Positions 58,550 through 64,000 of a DNA stretch of 64,000 nt are shown here, piece by piece. The DNA is from Octopus vulgaris. Lineage: Eukaryota. The stretch lies in contig OX597815.1 in NCBI GenBank assembly GCA_951406725.2, forward strand, positions 131,750,001 to 131,814,000. The letters run 5' to 3'. The position numbers were made by a program, and so were the translations under genes. Below the pieces are notes generated by a model that searched no databases, was not told the origin of the DNA, and worked only from the letters and a program-made list of their open reading frames with translations. Position 1 is the stretch's first letter. Each line of letters starts with the position of its first letter.

Positions 58550-59474
58550 ACACAACCGGTTGGTATGTAAACCTTCTAGGACTAGTTCTGTGGCCCCGAC
58601 ACAGATGGCAAGAAGAGGTTGCGTGTACAGTGACAGCTAGCAGTGACTTTCATGAGGCAGTGTGCCGAGTGACATCGCTGTGTTTACTTCGCAAGTTCTG
58701 AAATTGGTCTTTTGTGATCATGTCTATGCTCTTGTCCGCGATTTTGTCATGAACAGGAACAAAGAGCTAAAGGAAAATTTTGCATTAAACTTGCAAAGTC
58801 TGCTACTGAGACATTAAGCCTAGTTCGGATAGCTTACGGAATCGAAGCAATATGTCGTGCGCAATGTTTCACGTGACACGGCCGCTTTAAAAGCGGCAGA
58901 AGCTGCCTGGAAGTTGATGAGCGATCTGGAAGTCCTTCCACTAGTGTTGCCCCCAGAAATTTGGAAATATACATCGAGAATTCGTTCCCCAGGGCCAAAC
59001 CATCAATCGAGAGTTTTAGAGTTCTACAGCAACGTTTTCAACCATTTGTGAGGATATTCGTCGACATCGACCGGATGAATGGAGCACGAAGACTTGAATT
59101 CTTCACAATGAAAATGCATCGTGTAACCGAGGTCTCCTTGCTCGTGAGTTTCTCGCCAAAAGCAACATGCTATCATTTCCCACCCGCCCTATTCACCAGA
59201 TTTAGTATCTGCGGACTTCTGTTTCTTCCTCAAGATGAAAATGCAGGCCAGAGATTGCCGTTTTAACACCGTTGTCGACATCCACAGAAAAATCGCAGAA
59301 GGCCCACTTATAGAAAACAATATTCAGACCGGATTCTAAAAATGACGGGCAAGTTGGGACCGGTGTATTACTGCGCAAAGTGTCTCTTTCGAAGGAGATG
59401 ATGTTAAAACTTAGGTAAATAGGTTATTTTTTGTTAAACATAACTAGTCCGCGAACCTTTTGATACTGCCTCGT
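58550..59474 (+). mobile_element. mariner element, decayed and internally deleted
   Basis: Right TIR actagtccgcgaaccttttgatactgcctcg-ta with degenerate left copy; ILHNENA, REFLAK, YSPDLVSADF-like motifs. Confidence 0.8.
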
Positions 59475-60129
59475 ATATATGTACATGTATATTGCGAGAG
59501 AATCTTTTCGTTGATAACTCAAGTGTTTTTGTGCATCTATACTGTATTCTGAATAATGTTATTTTATAGTGACCCGTGTGCCCATAACGTAGAGTAGTTA
59601 TTACCATGCTTATGCATATTTGATTTTAAAACGGATATATATCCTTATAGAATTCGAAAAGAGCACACGAATGATTTACATTGATTTCCGAGTAATATCT
59701 AAAGTCAGCTTAATTCTTCCCTTCAATTCACAGGAATCTGTTGTTAAGTAGAAATTTTACACTCTTTGTTGAATTCTGCGAAGATACTGTAATACATATA
59801 CTTTCACTCGACATATTTTATGACTAATCAGCCTATGCTTTCGCTTGTCTTGAATATTTACTAGAAGCAGAGTAAGTTCCTTCAATTGTGTATGAGCGTG
59901 CGTCTGTACTGCGTGACTCAATTGTTAGTATCATTGAATTATTCGCTGAAGTGCATTATAATAAATTCTCTATGAGTTGAAATACCAACGTGGGTGCCCT
60001 TGCATCTGTCCGCTTAGAAACTATGAAATAAAGATGAGCTCAGAACTTGTGCAACAAAATCTCTGGTAAGCAGTCAGAATGTAGCTGGTGCGCTGTATCA
60101 AGTGCGGAATGGTCGAATGCCTGTGTCTA

Positions 60130-60910
60130 CCAATGATTACAAAATAAGCTCTACGGGCACGGTTTGAGACACACCGGACCGACTTGCCCGAGATGCTGTC
60201 AGAGCGACGAAATCGTTCTGCACGCTCACGTGCAGTGTTCAACCATTTGGGACCCATGGGCTTATGCCGAACGGCTTCTGTCGAGTGTTGGAGGAGTCCG
60301 CCTGTCGGCCGTGTCTCTCGTGGTACTTTCTCCGCCACCTTCCCTCAACCGGGAATGCAAGGCAGTCTTCATTGTGCTGGTGGTCATGTGAAAGAATGTG
60401 TGTGGTGGACTCGAGCGAAAGGATTACACACAAACACTTAACTACTTGGCCAATCGCTGGTCAACTTTTTCAAGTACCACTTGAAGAGGAGGGTGAAAAT
60501 GGAGAGGTAAGTTTGGTCTCGTGAAAGCTTCAAAATAAGGTGGGTGAATGTAGCAAAGATGGTGCGTGTGAGTGACGGAACCACTTTGAGCATGATCCTG
60601 TAAATTGAAGAGAGAGAGAGAGAGAGAGAGAGAGAGCACTTAGCTCTCGTGTGTTTATTTCCTCCCAAGCTGAGGTTACCGTGGTTTTTTCCGTAGGCTT
60701 TTTTTTCAACGGATAAACCTAATCTGACGTTTTACATTTTTAAAATTCTTCTGTAATACACGATCCCTTTTGATCGTTTTTTTCCCGATCCTTTTGATCG
60801 GAATTTTTTTCCTTATTCCCCACCCCGGTTTTTGTCATTTCCTTAAAGAAAAGCTCCACATTTGTATTTGTCCCCTCTGTGTTCAGACCTGTGTGACCAA
60901 TAAAGACAGT
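60130..60910 (+). pseudogene. L1/Tx1-clade LINE 3' end (CCHC zinc knuckle + 3'UTR)
   Basis: CPRCCQSDEIVLHAHVQC; KECVWWTR; FKIRW; pyrimidine-rich UTR; aataaa then (ATCT)n. Confidence 0.85.
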
Positions 60911-60943
60911 TATCTATCTATCTATCCATCCATCCATCCATCC

Positions 60944-60993
<50 letters not shown>

Positions 60994-62039
60994 ATATATA
61001 TATATATATTCATTTATCTATCCAATTATCTATATATCTGTCTGTCTGTCTGACTGACTGTCAAAATGTGTGCGCATGCGTGTATGCGTGTGCCTGTGCA
61101 TCTGTAGGTGGATCTCTTACAGTCTCAACATGAATTCTGTTGTAAGACCAAATGAATCTACAGGTCTGAAATATCGCCTTACTTGTCGAACATGTCACGT
61201 TCCTTAAATTAATTCTCCGGTAGAATCCTCGTCACACAGTTTGTAGCAAAGATGTATTACAAGTATAGTGTCAGCCAAACGTAATGAAATCTGAAGCCTT
61301 CAGATTTCACTGACTTCGAACCCTTTACGACGTGATTGCAATCTTTTCAAACTTACCTTTGTATGTGTTTGTTTTTGTCTATATACGTATATACAAATCT
61401 CCATATACATTTACATACGTTATAGGTACATATATGTATCATATTTCGTAAATATACTTGTATGTATGTATGTGTGTGTTTGTGTGTGCGTGCGTCTCTC
61501 TCTCTCTTTCTCTCACTCTCTGTATGTGTGTGTGTTTGTGTATCTTGTGTTTGTATAAAACGTATTTTGCAATTGATAGGAAAAAATTTATGAGACGTGT
61601 GAGTTATCAACTTATATATTTTCTAATTTATATGCCACTGGTGTGCACCGACGCACGGATAAGCACGTAGACATCTATACAACGTATAAATTTAATTGTA
61701 GTTCTTCCTACACATTGCTGGAACACGAAAATCAAAGACACATGATTGATTAAGATATAGATAGTTTGTGACTAAATCTAATTCTTCCTCACAAGTATAC
61801 AAGTAAACACAAAAATTTATATTTTCATATATTAGCATACCTATTTTTAAGAAACAGAGTTATCAATAAAATGGCAATAACCTGATAATTTGCTTCTCAG
61901 CTGTCAATGTTGTGATTTAGAAATAGCATGCTGAGAATATATTGACTACATTGGAAGCTAGATATATTGATGTTGAGCCATTTCACCGTGCAGTCCGTTG
62001 ATGACTCGATTCTCATTGCTGCTATCAGTTCCTCCAGTG

Positions 62040-62480
62040 CCCTCGAGCACAGTGGGCAGTAAACTGACATTACCAGTTTGTGTTGGTTGCGGTTTTCTCA
62101 GTATCCCGCAATGCGATATCAGCCTTTCTCAGCTCAGTTATGAATGTCCTGTACTACGTAACTTTAGGTCTTCTCTTTCTCCCTTCGGTGACCTCCATCT
62201 AAAAGTTGTTTAAGAATGGAATTGTTCTGCTAGTTGAAGTATGTGGTCTGCTGGTTCTAATCTTCGTTCTGTGATGATTTCGCTAAGTGGTTTCTTATCG
62301 ACTCTCTTTAGGATATCTTCATTTAGAATATGGCCATGGCAGTATATTCTCAAAATGCATCTCTAGTATCTTTCGAGAAGCACATCTCGCGTTCTGTCAA
62401 TTTTCATTGTGCTTTTCTATGTCTCACTGCTAGCGAGAACTGGTGCTAGAACTCTGCTATTATATCGATAGCAAATTTCG
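62040..62480 (-). pseudogene. RTE-clade LINE fragment, old
   Basis: YNSRVLAPVLASSET*KST, RCILRIYCHGHILNEDIL, PLSEIITERRL..HIL. Confidence 0.7.
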
Positions 62481-62718
62481 AATTAGCGCACTATCCATTT
62501 TATTTGCTCGTAAAACTTAAACAAAAGCTATGCCTTAATGCTTCCAGTTACCTTGACACAAAGAACATTCAACCAAATATCTTGAACAAACAAAGTTGAC
62601 ACATTTCCATATAAAATGCTATTGCATGATTAAAATGACTCTGGTTAAAAGGTTTTCCTGAAGGTTCTCTTGGTGATAAACAATATTATTTAACACTTAA
62701 CTTGTAGACAGATATCGC

Positions 62719-62756
<38 letters not shown>

Positions 62757-62937
62757 AAATAAGCAACATTACAAAATAAACATTACCTCTGGATATCCTT
62801 GTTGCTTATTTTGATTTTAATCACCTACCTTACTTTGAAATTGTATGGATAATACCGTACTAAATTCTGGTGCCTCAACTTATGTACCATATTCATCTGA
62901 ATCTAAACTTTTGCTGAATACATCTACCAAACTCAAA

Positions 62938-63028
<91 letters not shown>

Positions 63029-63039
63029 CCGCCATGTTA

Positions 63040-63238
63040 AATCGTTAGCTCCAGCATGCATTTTTTTTCTCTCCTTGTTTCTCTCCGTGTTTCTTTTCTG
63101 TGTATCTTTCTGTTGAAGAGCGTAGGCTCGAAACGTAAAAGACTTGTTTTATTTCTATTCCTGAGCGCAATACTAATGCAATTCTTTGTTTGTACTCCAC
63201 CTGCCTTCGTCTTTTGTTTCTTTTCGTAAAGCTTCCCG

Positions 63239-63240
<2 letters not shown>
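63040..63240 (+). mobile_element. HHR element family H2 (hammerhead at 63105-63142)
   Basis: TCTTT-CTGTTGA-A-GAGCgtagGCTC-GAAA-CG-TA^AAAGA; ends directly in (TA)n. Confidence 0.85.
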
Positions 63241-63286
<46 letters not shown>

Positions 63287-63399
63287 TTGATATTCATTGA
63301 ATAATAATAATAATAATAATATATATATATATATATATATATATTATTATTATTATTAAGAAAATGGAGAAATTCAATGAATATAAATAATTTTTTGAA

Positions 63400-63530
63400 T
63401 TGTGTCAGTCATTTGACCATGGCCATGCCGGAGCACCACCTTTAGTCGAGCAAATCGACATCTGGACTTATTCTTTGTAAGCCTAGTACTTATTCTTTCG
63501 GTCTCTTTTGCCGAACCGCTAAGTTACGGT
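63400..63530 (-). mobile_element. SINE family A 3' part
   Basis: cagtcatttgac..ggccatgc.ggagcacc.cctttagtcgagcaaatcgac. Confidence 0.85.
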
Positions 63531-63601
63531 GAGTTGTAATATGTATAAGAAAATAAAAAAGGAAATGCACGCCCAATACAGAGTTTTAATTTGCTATATA
63601 C

Positions 63602-63663
<62 letters not shown>

Positions 63664-63783
63664 GAGGGCATTATTATACATACATGCCTCACGCTAAGAG
63701 GGACATTAGTCATTTCTACCAAAAATTTTACTAATCATACGCAATGCAATTTTTCAAAGCAAGACATTTAAAAAAATGAATTT

Positions 63784-63847
63784 AGTCTTGTATCACCTGT
63801 GATTTCGTACTTACCGCAGAGTTGCGACCGTACTCATCAGCAAGACT
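63784..63847 (-). ncRNA. type I hammerhead ribozyme, fully canonical (family H8)
   Basis: Minus strand AGTCTTG-CTGATGA-GTAC gg tcgca actc tgcgg taa GTAC-GAAA-TCAC ag GTGA-TA^CAAGACT; ~120 nt downstream runs into (TA)n. Confidence 0.9.
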
Positions 63848-64000
63848 GATTTTGAACATATCATAAATAAACGACCTGTACCGCCAAAGCCGAACAGCCA
63901 ACTGCTCCACTCCAACGAAGCACATGGGGAAGTTTACATATAATACATCCGGTAAATGGCGGGCTTCTTCGAATTGCATTTCGGTTAGAAAATGTTTTTT

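Overview
AT-rich eukaryotic non-coding DNA saturated with microsatellites ((TA)n, (CA)n, (ATCT)n, (TATG)n, (TAA)n) and two tRNA-derived SINE families. The repeat landscape looks like an octopod cephalopod intron or intergenic region; this is an inference from the SINE types. No host gene can be supported, and nearly all ORF-track entries are microsatellite translations. Recognisable elements: a young, 5'-truncated CR1-clade LINE (25.4-28.7 kb, only two ORF2 lesions); remnants of RTE, R4-like, L1/Tx1 and CR1/L2 LINEs; Tc1/mariner remnants and MITEs; and a decayed Penelope-like (PLE) RT/GIY-YIG ORF. Main discovery: about 15 type I hammerhead ribozyme motifs from at least 7 unrelated short (about 150-600 bp) non-coding element families. 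Almost all point toward a (TA)n tract that ends the element. Several form inverted pairs, and some carry family-wide non-canonical cores (CUGUNGA, CCGACGA). A nested set of palindromes at 47.4-50.7 kb, including a ~940 bp near-perfect inverted duplication, is centred on one of these elements.
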